Source of the DNA: the human T2T-CHM13v2.0 reference genome, Homo sapiens
NCBI RefSeq assembly: GCF_009914755.1
Contig: NC_060936.1
Reading direction: 5' to 3' (one strand)
DNA length: 64,000 nucleotides
This document shows, piece by piece, positions 38,201-52,500 of this stretch. The notes under the pieces were generated by a model. That model saw nothing but the letters and a program-made list of their open reading frames with translations. It was not told where the DNA came from and made no database searches. A program made the translations under genes and the position numbers. Numbering within the stretch: the stretch's first letter is position 1; every line of letters begins with the position of its first letter.

Positions 38201-39400
38201 GCTTGAAATCTCCACCTGCAAATATCACAAAAAGAGGGTTTCACATCTGCTCTGTCTAAAGGACAGTTCACCTCTGTGAGTTGAATAGAGGCAACACAAA
38301 GAACGTACTCAGTATTCTTCTTTCTAGCGTTATATGAAGAAATCCCGTTTCCAAAGAAGGCCTCAAAGAGGTCCAAATATCTGCTTGCAGACTTTACAGA
38401 CAGAGTGTTTCCAAACTACTCTATGAAAAGAAAGCTTAAACTCCTTGAGTTGAACGCACACATCACAAAGTAGTTTCTGAGAATGATTCTGTCTTGTTTT
38501 TATACGAAGATATTTCCGTTTCTATGATTGGCCTCAAAGCGATTGAAATCTCCAACTGGAAAATGCACAAATAGGGTGTTTCAAATCTGCTCTGTCTAAA
38601 GGAAGGTTCAACTCTGTGAGTTGAATACACACACCACAAATAAGTTACTGAGAATTCTTCTGTCGAACATTACATGAAGAAATCCCGTTTCCAACGAAGG
38701 CCTCAAAGAGGTCCAAATATCCCCTTGCAGACATTACAAACAGAGTGTTTCCAAACTGCTCCATCAAAAGAAAGGTCAAACTCTGTGAGCTGAACACACA
38801 CATCAAAAAGAAGTTTCTGTGAATGATTCTGTCTAGATTTTATAAGAAGATGTTTCCTTTTCTACCGTAGGCCTCAAAGCGCTTGAAATCTCCAGCTGCA
38901 AATTCCACAAAAAGGGTGTTTACCATCTGCTCTTCTAAAGGAAAGTTCAACTCTATGAGTTGAATACACACAGCACAAAGAAGTTACTGAGACTTCTCCT
39001 ATCAAACATTATAGGAAGAAATCCCGTTTCCAACGAAGGCCTCAAAGAGGTCCAAATATCCACTTGCAGACGTGACAAACAGAGTGTTTCCAAACTGCTC
39101 CATCAAAAGAAAGGTTAAACTCTGTGAGTTGAACACACACATCACAAAGTAGTTTCTGTGAATGATTCTGTCTAGTTTTTATACGAAGATGTTTCCTTTT
39201 CTACCTTTGGTCTCAAAGCGATTGAAATCTCCACATGGAAACTCCACAAAAAGAGTGTTTCAAATCTGCTCTTTCTGAAGGAAGGTTCAACTCTGTGAAT
39301 TGAATACACACACCACAAATAAGTTACTGAGAATTCTTCTGTGTAACATTATGTGAGGAAATCCCGTTTCCAACGAAGGCCTCAAACAGGTCCAAATATC
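32267..39400 (-). repeat. Super-unit copy 2: 6-mer + 8-mer + 8-mer + one 20-mer (7134 bp, 42 monomers)
   Basis: Same marker order as copy 1 (aaataggtcc, acagattgt, aaagacgtcc, C/D hybrid, aagacatttc, cagagagag, 1-bp deletion atctccactg, cacaatgcaa, catcaatag); 1020+1359+1358+3397=7134. Confidence 0.88.
36004..39400 (-). repeat. 20-mer HOR variant, single copy
   Basis: Same private markers and ORF set (36238, 36398, 37175, 38182). Confidence 0.92.
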
Positions 39401-40420
39401 CACTTGCAGACTTTACAAAGACAGTGTCTCCAAACTCCTCCATCAAAAGAAAGGTTATACTGTGTGAATTGAACGCACACATCACAAAGTAGTTTCTGAG
39501 AAAGATTCTGTCTAGTTTTTATACGAAGATATTTCCTTTTCTACATTTGGCCTAAAAGCGCTTGAAATCTCCACCTGCAAATATCACAAAAAGAGGGTTT
39601 CACATCTGCTCTGTCTGAAGGACAGTTCACCTCTGTGAGTTGAATAGAGGCAACACAAAGAACTTACTCAGTATTCTTCTTTCTAGCGTTCTATGAAGAA
39701 ATCCCGTTTCCAACGAAGGCCCCAAAGAGGTCCAAATATCTGCTTGCAGACTTTACAGACAGAGTGTTTCCAAACTACTCTATGAAAAGAAAGCTTAAAC
39801 TCCTTGAGTTGAACGCACACATCACAAAGTAGTTTCTGAGAATGATTCTGTCTAGTTTTTATACGAAGATGTTTCCTTTTCTACATTTGGTCTCAAAGCG
39901 ATTGAAATCTCCAACTGGAAACTGCACAAATAGGGTGTTTCAAATCTGCTCTGTCTAAAGGAAGGTTCAACTCTGTGAGTTGAATACACACACCACAAAT
40001 AAGTTACTGAGAATTCTTCTGTCGAACATTACATGAAGAAATCCCGTTTCCAACGAAGGCCTCAAAGACGTCCAAATATCCGCTTGCAGACATTACAAAC
40101 AGAGTGTTTCCAAACTGCTCCATCAAAAGAAAGGTTAAACTCTGTGAGCTGAACACACACATCAAAAAGAAGTTTCTGTGAATGATTCTGTCTAGATTTT
40201 ATAAGAAGATGTTTCCTTTTCTACCGTAGGCCTCAAAGCGATTGAAATCTCCACATGGAAACTCCACAAAAAGAGTGTTTCAAATCTGCTCTTTCTGAAG
40301 GAAGGTTCATCTCTGTGAGTTGAATACACACACCACAAATAAGTTACTGAGAATTCTTCTGTGTAACATTATATGAGGAAATCCCGTTTCCAACGAAGGC
40401 CTCAAAGAGGTCCAAATATC

Positions 40421-43400
40421 CACTTGCAGACTTTACAAAGACAGTGTCTCCAAACTCCTCCATCAAAAGAAAGGTTATACTCTGTGAATTGAACGCACAC
40501 ATCACAAAGTAGTTTCTGAGAATGATTCTGTCTAGTTTTTATACGAAGATATTTCCTTTTCTACATTTGGCCTAAAAGCGCTTGAAATCTCCACCTGCAA
40601 ATATCACAAAAAGAGGGTTTCACATCTGCTCTGTCTAAAGGACAGTTCACCTCTGTGAGTTGAATAGAGGCAACACAAAGAACTTACTCAGTATTCTTCT
40701 TTCTAGCGTTCTATGAAGAAATCCCGTTTCCAACGAAGGCCCCAAAGAGGTCCAAATATCTGCTTGCAGACTTTACAGACAGAGTGTTTCCAAACTACTC
40801 TATGAAAAGAAAGCTTAAACTCCTTGAGTTGAACGCACACATCACAAAGTAGTTTCTGAGAATGATTCTGTCTAGTTTTTATACGAAGATGTTTCCTTTT
40901 CTACATTTGGTCTCAAAGCGATTGAAATCTCCAACTGGAAACTGCACAAATAGGGTGTTTCAAATCTGCTCTGTCTAAAGGAAGGTTCAACTCTGTGAGT
41001 TGAATACACACACCACAAATAAGTTACTGAGAATTCTTCTGTCGAACATTACTTGAAGAAATCCCGTTTCCAACGAAGGCCTCAAAGAGGTCCAAATATC
41101 CACTTGCAGACATTACAAACAGAGTGTTTCCAAACTGCTCCATCAAAAGAAAGGTTAAACTCTGTGAGCTGAACACACACATCAAAAAGAAGTTTCTGTG
41201 AATGATTCTGTCTAGATTTTATAAGAAGATGTTTCCTTTTCTACCGTAGGCCTCAAAGCGCTTGAAATCTCCAGCTGCAAATTCCACAAAAAGGGTGTTT
41301 AACATCTGCTCTTCTAAAGGAAAGTTCAACTCTATGAGTTGAATACACACAGCACAAAGAAGTTACTGAGACTTCTCCTATCAAACATTATATGAAGAAA
41401 TCCCGTTTCCAACGAAGGCCTCAAAGAGGTCCAAATATCTGCTTGCAGACTTTACAGACAGAGTGTTTCCAAACTGCTCCATCAAAAGAAAGGTTAACCT
41501 CCTTGAGTTGAACACACACATCACAAAGTAGTTTCTGTGAATGATTCTGTCTAGTTTTTATACGAAGATGTTTCCTTTTCTACCTTTGGTCTCAAAGCGA
41601 TTGAAATCTCCACATGGAAACTCCACAAAAAGAGTGTTTCAAATCTGCTCTTTCTGAAGGAAGGTTCATCTCTGTGAGTTGAATACACACACCACAAATA
41701 AGTTACTGAGAATTCTTCTGTGTAACATTATATGAGGAAATCCCGTTTCCAACGAAGGCCTCAAAGAGGTCCAAATATCCACTTGCAGACTTTACAAAGA
41801 CAGTGTCTCCAAACTCCTCCATCAAAAGAAAGGTTATACTCTGTGAATTGAACGCACACATCACAAAGTAGTTTCTGAGAATGATTCTGTCTAGTTTTTA
41901 TACGAAGATATTTCCTTTTCTACATTTGGCCTAAAAGCGCTTGAAATCTCCACCTGCAAATATCACAAAAAGAGGGTTTCACATCTGCTCTGTCTAAAGG
42001 ACAGTTCACCTCTGTGAGTTGAATAGAGGCAACACAAAGAACTTACTCAGTATTCTTCTTTCTAGCGTTCTATGAAGAAATCCCGTTTCCAACGAAGGCC
42101 CCAAAGAGGTCCAAATATCTGCTTGCAGACTTTACAGACAGAGTGTTTCCAAACTACTCTATGAAAAGAAAGCTTAAACTCCTTGAGTTGAACGCACACA
42201 TCACAAAGTAGTTTCTGAGAATGATTCTGTCTAGTTTTTATACGAAGATGTTTCCTTTTCTACATTTGGTCTCAAAGCGATTGAAATCTCCAACTGGAAA
42301 CTGCACAAATAGGGTGTTTCAAATCTGCTCTGTCTAAAGGAAGGTTCAACTCTGTGAGTTGAATACACACACCACAAATAAGTTACTGAGAATTCTTCTG
42401 TCGAACATTACTTGAAGAAATCCCGTTTCCAACGAAGGCCTCAAAGAGGTCCAAATATCCACTTGCAGACATTACAAACAGAGTGTTTCCAAACTGCTCC
42501 ATCAAAAGAAAGGTTAAACTCTGTGAGCTGAACACACACATCAAAAAGAAGTTTCTGTGAATGATTCTGTCTAGATTTTATAAGAAGATGTTTCCTTTTC
42601 TACCGTAGGCCTCAAAGCGCTTGAAATCTCCAGCTGCAAATTCCACAAAAAGGGTGTTTAACATCTGCTCTTCTAAAGGAAAGTTCAACTCTATGAGTTG
42701 AATACACACAGCACAAAGAAGTTACTGAGACTTGTCCTATCAAACATTATATGAAGAAATCCCGTTTCCAACGAAGGCCTCAAAGAGGTCCAAATATCTG
42801 CTTGCAGACTTTACAGACAGAGTGTTTCCAAACTGCTCCATCAAAAGAAAGGTTAACCTCCTTGAGTTGAACACACACATCACAAAGTAGTTTCTGTGAA
42901 TGATTCTGTCTAGTTTTTATACGAAGATGTTTCCTTTTCTACCTTTGGTCTCAAAGCGATTGAAATCTCCACATGGAAACTCCACAAAAAGAGTGTTTCA
43001 AATCTGCTCTTTCTGAAGGAAGGTTCATCTCTGTGAGTTGAATACACACACCACAAATAAGTTACTGAGAATTCTTCTGTGTAACATTATATGAGGAAAT
43101 CCCGTTTCCAACGAAGGCCTCAAAGAGGTCCAAATATCCACTTGCAGACTTTACAAAGACAGTGTCTCCAAACTCCTCCATCAAAAGAAAGGTTATACTC
43201 TGTGAATTGAACGCACACATCACAAAGTAGTTTCTGAGAATGATTCTGTCTAGTTTTTATACGAAGATATTTCCTTTTCTACATTTGGCCTAAAAGCGCT
43301 TGAAATCTCCACCTGCAAATATCACAAAAAGAGGGTTTCACATCTGCTCTGTCTAAAGGACAGTTCACCTCTGTGAGTTGAATAGAGGCAACACAAAGAA

Positions 43401-46400
43401 CTTACTCAGTATTCTTCTTTCTAGCGTTCTATGAAGAAATCCCGTTTCCAACGAAGGCCCTAAAGAGGTCCAAATATCTGCTTGCAGACTTTACAGACAG
43501 AGTGTTTCCAAACTACTCTATGAAAAGAAAGCTTAAACTCCTTGAGTTGAACGCACACATCACAAAGTAGTTTCTGAGAATGATTCTGTCTAGTTTTTAT
43601 ACGAAGATGTTTCCTTTTCTACATTTGGTCTCAAAGCGATTGAAATCTCCAACTGGAAACTGCACAAATAGGGTGTTTCAAATCTGCTCTGTCTAAAGGA
43701 AGGTTCAACTCTGTGAGTTGAATACACACACCACAAATAAGTTACTGAGAATTCTTCTGTCGAACATTACTTGAAGAAATCCCGTTTCCAACGAAGGCCT
43801 CAAAGAGGTCCAAATATCCACTTGCAGACATTACAAACAGAGTGTTTCCAAACTGCTCCATCAAAAGAAAGGTTAAACTCTGTGAGCTAAACACACACAT
43901 CAAAAAGAAGTTTCTGTGAATGATTCTGTCTAGATTTTATAAGAAGATGTTTCCTTTTCTACCGTAGGCCTCAAACCGCTTGAAATCTCCAGCTGCAAAT
44001 TCCACAAAAAGAGTGTTTAACATCTGCTCTTCTAAAGGAAAGTTCAACTCTATGAGTTGAATACACACAGCACAAAGAAGTTACTGAGACTTCTCCTATC
44101 AAACATTATATGAAGAAATCCCGTTTCCAACGAAGGCCTCAAAGAGGTCCAAATATCTGCTTGCAGACTTTACAGACAGAGTGTTTCCAAACTGCTCCAT
44201 CAAAAGGAAGGTTAACCTCCTTGAGTTGAACACACACATCACAAAGTAGTTTCTGTGAATGATTCTGTCTAGTTTTTATACGAAGATGTTTCCTTTTCTA
44301 CCTTTGGTCTCAAAGCGATTGAAATCTCCACATGGAAACTCCACAAAAAGAGTGTTTCAAATCTGCTCTTTCTGAAGGAAGGTTCATCTCTGTGAGTTGA
44401 ATACACACACCACAAATAAGTTACTGAGAATTCTTCTGTGTAACATTATATGAGGAAATCCCGTTTCCAACGAAGGCCTCAAAGAGGTCCAAATATCCAC
44501 TTGCAGACTTTACAAAGACAGTGTCTCCAAACTCCTCCATCAAAAGAAAGGTTATACTCTGTGAATTGAACGCACACATCACAAAGTAGTTTCTGAGAAT
44601 GATTCTGTCTAGTTTTTATACGAAGATATTTCCTTTTCTACATTTGGCCTAAAAGCGCTTGAAATCTCCACCTGCAAATATCACAAAAAGAGGGTTTCAC
44701 ATCTGCTCTGTCTAAAGGACAGTTCACCTCTGTGAGTTGAATAGAGGCAACACAAAGAACTTACTCAGTATTCTTCTTTCTAGCGTTCTATGAAGAAATC
44801 CCGTTTCCAACGAAGTCCCCAAAGAGGTCCAAATATCTGCTTGCAGACTTTACAGACAGAGTGTTTCCAAACTACTCTATGAAAAGAAAGATTAAACTCC
44901 TTGAGTTGAACGCACACATCACAGAGTAGTTTCTGAGAATGATTCTGTCTAGTTTTTATACGAAGATGTTTCCTTTTCTACGTTTGGTCTCAAAGCGATT
45001 GAAATCTCCAACTGGAAACTGCACAAATAGGGTGTTTCAAATCTGCTCTGTCTAAAGGAAGGTTCAACTCTGTGAGTTGAATACACACACCACAAATAAG
45101 TTACTGAGAATTCTTCTGTCGAACATTACTTGAAGAAATCCCGTTTCCAACGAAGGCCTCAAAGAGGTCCAAATATCCACTTGCAGACATTACAAACAGA
45201 GTGTTTCCAAACTGCTCCATCAAAAGAAAGGTTAAACTCTGTGAGCTGAACACACACATCAAAAAGAAGTTTCTGTGAATGATTCTGTCTAGATTTTATA
45301 AGAAGATGTTTCCTTTTCTACCGTAGGCCTCAAAGCGCTTGAAATCTCCAGCTGCAAATTCCACAAAAAGGGTGTTTAACATCTGCTCTTCTAAAGGAAA
45401 GTTCAACTCTATGAGTTGAATACACACAGCACAAAGAAGTTACTGAGACTTCTCCTATCAAACATTATATGAAGAAATCCCGTTTCCAACGAAGGCCTCA
45501 AAGAGGTCCAAATATCTGCTTGCAGACGTTACAGACAGAGTGTTTCCAAACTGCTCCATCAAAAGAAAGGTTAACCTCCTTGAGTTGAACACACACATCA
45601 CAAAGTAGTTTCTGTGAATGATTCTGTCTAGTTTTTATACGAAGATGTTTCCTTTTCTACCTTTGGTCTCAAAGCGATTGAAATCTCCACATGGAAACTC
45701 CACAAAAAGAGTGTTTCAAATCTGCTCTTTCTGAAGGAAGGTTCATCTCTGTGAGTTGAATACACACACCACAAATAAGTTACTGAGAATTCTTCTGTGT
45801 AACATTATATGAGGAAATCCCGTTTCCAACGAAGGCCTCAAAGAGGTCCAAATATCCACTTGCAGACTTTACAAAGACAGTGTCTCCAAACCCCTCCATC
45901 AAAAGAAAGGTTATACTCTGTGAATTGAACGCACACATCACAAAGTAGTTTCTGAGAATGATTCTGTCTAGTTTTTATACGAAGATATTTCCTTTTCTAC
46001 ATTTGGCCTAAAAGCGCTTGAAATCTCCACCTGCAAATATCACAAAAAGAGGGTTTCACATCTGCTCTGTCTAAAGGACAGTTCACCTCTGTGAGTTGAA
46101 TAGAGGCAACACAAAGAACTTACTCAGTATTCTTCTTTCTAGGGTTCTATGAAGAAACCCCGTTTCCAACGAAGGCCCCAAAGAGGTCCAAATATCTGCT
46201 TGCAGACTTTACAGACAGAGTGTTTCCAAACTACTCTATGAAAAGAAAGCTTAAACTCCTTGAGTTGAACGCACACATCACAAAGTAGTTTCTGAGAATG
46301 ATTCTGTCTAGTTTTTATACGAAGATGTTTCCTTTTCTACATTTGGTCTCAAAGCGATTGAAATCTCCAACTGGAAACTGCACAAATAGGGTGTTTCAAA

Positions 46401-49400
46401 TCTGCTCTGTCTAAAGGAAGGTTCAACTCTGTGAGTTGAATACACACACCACAAATAAGGTACTGAGAATTCTTCTGTCGAACATTACTTGAAGAAATCC
46501 CGTTTCCAACGAAGGCCTCAAAGAGGTCCAAATATCCACTTGCAGACATTACAAACAGAGTGTTTCCAAACTGCTCCATCAAAAGAAAGGTTAAACTCTG
46601 TGAGCTGAACACACACATCAAAAAGAAGTTTCTGTGAATGATTCTGTCTAGATTTTATAAGAAGATGTTTCCTTTTCTACCGTAGGCCTCAAAGCGCTTG
46701 AAATCTCCAGCTGCAAATTCCACAAAAAGGGTGTTTAACATCTGCTCTTCTAAAGGAAAGTTCAACTCTATGAGTTGAATACACACAGCACAAAGAAGTT
46801 ACTGAGACTTGTCCTATCAAACATTATATGAAGAAATCCCGTTTCCAACGAAGGCCTCAAAGAGGTCCAAATATCTGCTTGCAGACTTTACAGACAGAGT
46901 GTTTCCAAACTGCTCCATCAAAAGAAAGGTTAACCTCCTTGAGTTGAACACACACATCACAAAGTAGTTTCTGTGAATGATTCTGTCTAGTTTTTATACG
47001 AAGATGTTTCCTTTTCTACCTTTGGTCTCAAAGCGATTGAAATCTCCACATGGAAACTCCACAAAAAGAGTGTTTCAAATCTGCTCTTTCTGAAGGAAGG
47101 TTCATCTCTGTGAGTTGAATACACACACCACAAATAAGTTACTGAGAATTCTTCTGTGTAACATTATATGAGGAAATCCCGTTTCCAACGAAGGCCTCAA
47201 AGAGGTCCAAATATCCACTTGCAGACTTTACAAAGACAGTGTCTCCAAACTCCTCCATCAAAAGAAAGGTTATGCTCTGTGAATTCAACGCACACATCAC
47301 AAAGTAGTTTCTGAGAATGATTCTGTCTAGTTTTTATACGAAGATATTTCCTTTTCTACATTTGGCCTAAAAGCGCTTGAAATCTCCACCTGCAAATATC
47401 ACAAAAAGAGGGTTTCACATCTGCTCTGTCTAAAGGACAGTTCACCTCTGTGAGTTGAATAGAGGCAACACAAAGAACTTACTCAGTATTCTTCTTTCTA
47501 GCGTTCTATGAAGAAATCCCGTTTCCAACGAAGGCCCTAAAGAGGTCCAAATATCTGCTTGCAGACTTTACAGACAGAGTGTTTCCAAACTACTCTATGA
47601 AAAGAAAGCTTAAACTCCTTGAGTTGAACGCACACATCACAAAGTAGTTTCTGAGAATGATTCTGTCTAGTTTTTATACGAAGATGTTTCCTTTTCTACA
47701 TTTGGTCTCAAAGCGATTGAAATCTCCAACTGGAAACTGCACAAATAGGGTGTTTCAAATCTGCTCTGTCTAAAGGAAGGTTCAACTCTGTGAGTTGAAT
47801 ACACACACCACAAATAAGTTACTGAGAATTCTTCTGTCGAACATTACTTGAAGAAATCCCGTTTCCAACGAAGGCCTCAAAGAGGTCCAAATATCTGCCT
47901 GCAGACTTTACAGACAGAGTGTTTCCAAACTGCTCCATCAAAAGAAAGGTTAAACTCCTTGAGTTGAACACACACATCACAAAGTAGTTTCTGTGAATGA
48001 TTCTGTCTAGTTTTTATACGAAGATGTTTCCTTTTCTACCTTTGGTCTCAAAGCGATTGAAATCTCCACATGGAAACTCCACAAAAAGAGTGTTTCAAAT
48101 CTGCTCTTTCTGAAGGAAGGTTCATCTCTGTGAGTTGAATACACACACCACAAATAAGTTACTGAGAATTCTTCTGTGTAACATTATATGAGGAAATCCC
48201 GTTTCCAACGAAGGCCTCAAAGAGGTCCAAATATCCACTTGCAGACTTTACAAAGACAGTGTCTCCAAACTCCTCCATCAAAAGAAAGGTTATACTCTGT
48301 GAATTGAACGCACACATCACAAAGTAGTTTCTGAGAATGATTCTGTCTAGTTTTTATACGAAGATATTTCCTTTTCTACATTTGGCCTAAAAGCGCTTGA
48401 AATCTCCACCTGCAAATACCACAAAAAGAGGGTTTCACATCTGCTCTGTCTAAAGGACAGTTCACCTCTGTGAGTTGAATAGAGGCAACACAAAGAACTT
48501 ACTCAGTATTCTTCTTTCTAGCGTTCTATGAAGAAATCCCGTTTCCAACGAAGGCCCCAAAGAGGTCCAAATATCTGCTTGCAGACTTTACAGACAGAGT
48601 GTTTCCAAACTACTCTATGAAAAGAAAGCTTAAACTCCTTGAGTTGAACGCACACATCACAAAGTAGTTTCTGAGAATGATTCTGTCTAGTTTTTATACG
48701 AAGATGTTTCCTTTTCTACATTTGGTCTCAAAGCGATTGAAATCTCCAACTGGAAACTGCACAAATAGGGTGTTTCAAATCTGCTCTGTCTAAAGGAAGG
48801 TTCAACTCTGTGAGTTGAATACACACACCACAAATAAGTTACTGAGAATTCTTCTGTCGAACATTACTTGAAGAAATCCCGTTTCCAACGAAGGCCTCAA
48901 AGAGGTCCAAATATCCACTTGCAGACATTACAAACAGAGTGTTTCCAAACTGCTCCATCAAAAGAAAGGTTAAACTCTGTGAGCTGAACACACACATCAA
49001 AAAGAAGTTTCTGTGAATGATTCTGTCTAGATTTTATAAGAAGATGTTTCCTTTTCTACCGTAGGCCTCAAAGCGCTTGAAATCTCCAGCTGCAAATTCC
49101 ACAAAAAGGGTGTTTAACATCTGCTCTTCTAAAGGAAAGTTCAACTCTATGAGTTGAATACACACAGCACAAAGAAGTTACTGAGACTTCTCCTATCAAA
49201 CATTATATGAAGAAATCCCGTTTCCAACGAAGGCCTCAAAGAGGTCCAAATATCTGCTTGCAGACTTTACAGACAGAGTGTTTCCAAACTGCTCCATCAA
49301 AAGAAAGGTTAAACTCCTTGAGTTGAACACACACATCACAAAGTAGTTTCTGTGAATGATTCTGTCTAGTTTTTATACGAAGATGTTTCCTTTTCTACCT

Positions 49401-49594
49401 TTGGTCTCAAAGCGATTGAAATCTCCACATGGAAACTCCACAAAAAGAGTGTTTCAAATCTGCTCTTTCTGAAGGAAGGTTCATCTCTGTGAGTTGAATA
49501 CACACACCACAAATAAGTTACTGAGAATTCTTCTGTGTAACATTATATGAGGAAATCCCGTTTCCAACGAAGGCCTCAAAGAGGTCCAAATATC
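40421..49594 (-). repeat. Homogeneous canonical 8-mer island (six 8-mers plus one A-B-D 6-mer at 47216-48235)
   Basis: A starts at 40421, 41780, 43139, 44498, 45857, 47216 and 48236; shared markers cattacttgaag, gaaggcccc, ggttcatctctg, and ggttaacctcc in the first five units. Confidence 0.92.
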
Positions 49595-52500
49595 CACTTG
49601 CAGACTTTACAAAGACAGTGTTTCCAAACTCCTCCATCAAAAGAAAGGTTATACTGTGTGAATTGAACGCACACATCACAAAGTAGTTTCTGAGAAAGAT
49701 TCTGTCTAGTTTTTATACGAAGATATTTCCTTTTCTACATTTGGCCTAAAAGCGCTTGAAATCTCCACCTGCAAATATCACAAAAAGAGGGTTTCACATC
49801 TGCTCTGTCTAAAGGACAGTTCACCTCTGTGAGTTGTATAGAGGCAACAGAAAGAACTTACTCAGTATTATTCTTTCTAGCGTTCTATGAAGAAATCTCT
49901 TTTCCAACGAAGGCCTCAAAGAGGTCCAAATATCTGCTTGCAGACTTTACAGACAGAGTGTTTCCAAACTACTCTATGAAAAGAAAGCTTAAACTCCTTG
50001 AGTTGAACGCACAGATCGCAAAGTAGTTTCTGAGAATGATTCTGTCTTGTTTTTATACGAAGATATTTCCGTTTCTATGATTGGCCTCAAAGCGATTGAA
50101 ATCTCCAACTGGAAGCTGCACAAATAGGGTGTTTCAAATCTGCTCTGTCTAAAGGAAGGTTCAACTCTGTGAGTTGAATACACACACTACAGGTAAGTTA
50201 CTGAGAATTCTTCTGTCGAACATTACATGAAGAAATCCCGTTTCCAACGAAGACCTCAAAGAGGTCCAAATATCCACTTGCAGACATTACAAACAGAGTG
50301 TTTCCAAACTGCTCCATCAAAAGAAAGGTTAAACCCTGTGAGCTGAACACACACATCAAAAAGATGTTTCTGTGAATGATTCTGTCTAGATTTTAGAAGA
50401 AGATGTTTCCTTTTCTACCGTAGGCCTCAAAGCGCTTGAAATCTCCAGCTGCAAATTCCACAGAAAGGGTGTTTAACATCTGCTCTTCTAAAGGAAAATT
50501 TAACTCTATGAGTTGAATACACACAGCACAAAGAAGTTACTGAGACTTCTCCTATCAAACATTATATGAAGAAATCCCGTTTCCAAAGAAGGCCCCAAAG
50601 CAGTCCAAATATCCACTTGCAGACGTGAAAAACAGAGTGTTTCCAAACTGCCATATCAAAAGAAAGGTTAAACTCTGTGAGCTGAACACACACATCACAA
50701 AGTAGTTTCTGTGAATGATTCTGTCTAGTTTTTATACGAAGATGTTTCCTTTTCTACCTTTGGTCTCAAAGCGATGGATATCTCCACATGGAAACTCCAC
50801 AAAATGAGTGTTTCAAATCTGCTCTTTCTGAAGGAAGGTTCAACTCTGTGAGTTGAATACACACACCACAAATAAGTTGCTGAGAATTCTTCTGTCGAAC
50901 ATTACATGAAGAAATCCCTTTTCCAACCAAGGCCTCAAAGAGGTCCATATATCCACTTGCAGATATTACAAACTGAGTGTTTCCAAACTGCTCCATCAAA
51001 GGAAATGTTAAACTCTGTGAGCTGAACACACACATCAAAAAGAAGTTTCTGTGAATGATTCTGTCTAGATTTTATAAGAAGATGTTTCCTTTTCTACAGT
51101 AGGCCTCAAAGCGCTTGAAACCTCCAGCTGCAAATTCCCCAAAAAGGGTGTTTAACATCTGCTCTTCTAAAGGAAAGTTCAACTCTATGAGTTGAATACA
51201 CACAGCACAAAGAAGTTACTGAGACTTCTCCTATCAAACATTATATGAAGAAATCCCGTTTCCAACGAAGGCCCCAAAGAGGTCCAAATATCCACTTGCA
51301 GACTTTACAGACAGAGTGTTTCCAAACTCCTCCATCAAAAGAAAGGTTAAACTCCTTGAGTTGAACACACACATCACAAAGTAGTTTCTGTGAATGATTC
51401 TGTCTAGTTTTTATACGAAGATGTTTCCTTTTCTACCTTTGGTCTCAAAGCAATTGAAGTCTCCACATGGAAACTCCACAAAAAGAGTGTTTCAAATCTG
51501 CTCTGTCTGAAGGAAGGTTCAACTCTGTGAGTTGAATACACACACCACAAATAAGTTACTGAGAATTCTTCTGTGTAACATTATATGAGGAAATCCCGTT
51601 TCCAACGAAGGCCTCAAAGAGGTCCAAATATCCACTTGCAGACTTTACAAAGACAGTGTCTCCAAACTCCTCCATCAAAAGAAAGGTTATACTCTGTGAA
51701 TTGAACGCACACATCACAAAGTAGTTTCTGAGAATGATTCTGTCTAGTTTTCATACGAAGATATTTCCTTTTCTACATTTGGCCTAAAAGCGCTTGAAAT
51801 CTCCACCTGCAAATATCACAAAAAGAGGGTTTCACATCTGCTCTGTCTAAAGGACAGTTCACCTCTGTGAGTTGAATAGAGGCAACACAAAGAACGTACT
51901 CAGTATTCTTCTTTCTAGCGTTATATGAAGAAATCCCGTTTCCAAAGAAGGCCTCAAAGAGGTCCAAATATCTGCTTGCAGACTTTACAGACAGAGTGTT
52001 TCCAAACTACTCTATGAAAAGAAAGCTTAAACTCCTTGAGTTGAACGCACACATCACAAAGTAGTTTCTGAGAATGATTCTGTCTTGTTTTTATACGAAG
52101 ATATTTCCGTTTCTATGATTGGCCTCAAAGCGATTGAAATCTCCAACTGGAAAATGCACAAATAGGGTGTTTCAAATCTGCTCTGTCTAAAGGAAGGTTC
52201 AACTCTGTGAGTTGAATACACACACCACAAATAAGTTACTGAGAATTCTTCTGTCGACCATTACATGAAGAAATCCCGTTTCCAACGAAGGCCTCAAAGA
52301 GGTCCAAATATCCCCTTGCAGACATTACAAACAGAGTGTTTCCAAACTGCTCCATCAAAAGAAAGGTCAAACTCTGTGAGCTGAACACACACATCAAAAA
52401 GAAGTTTCTGTGAATGATTCTGTCTAGATTTTATAAGAAGATGTTTCCTTTTCTACCGTAGGCCTCAAAGCGCTTGAAATCTCCAGCTGCAAATTCCACA

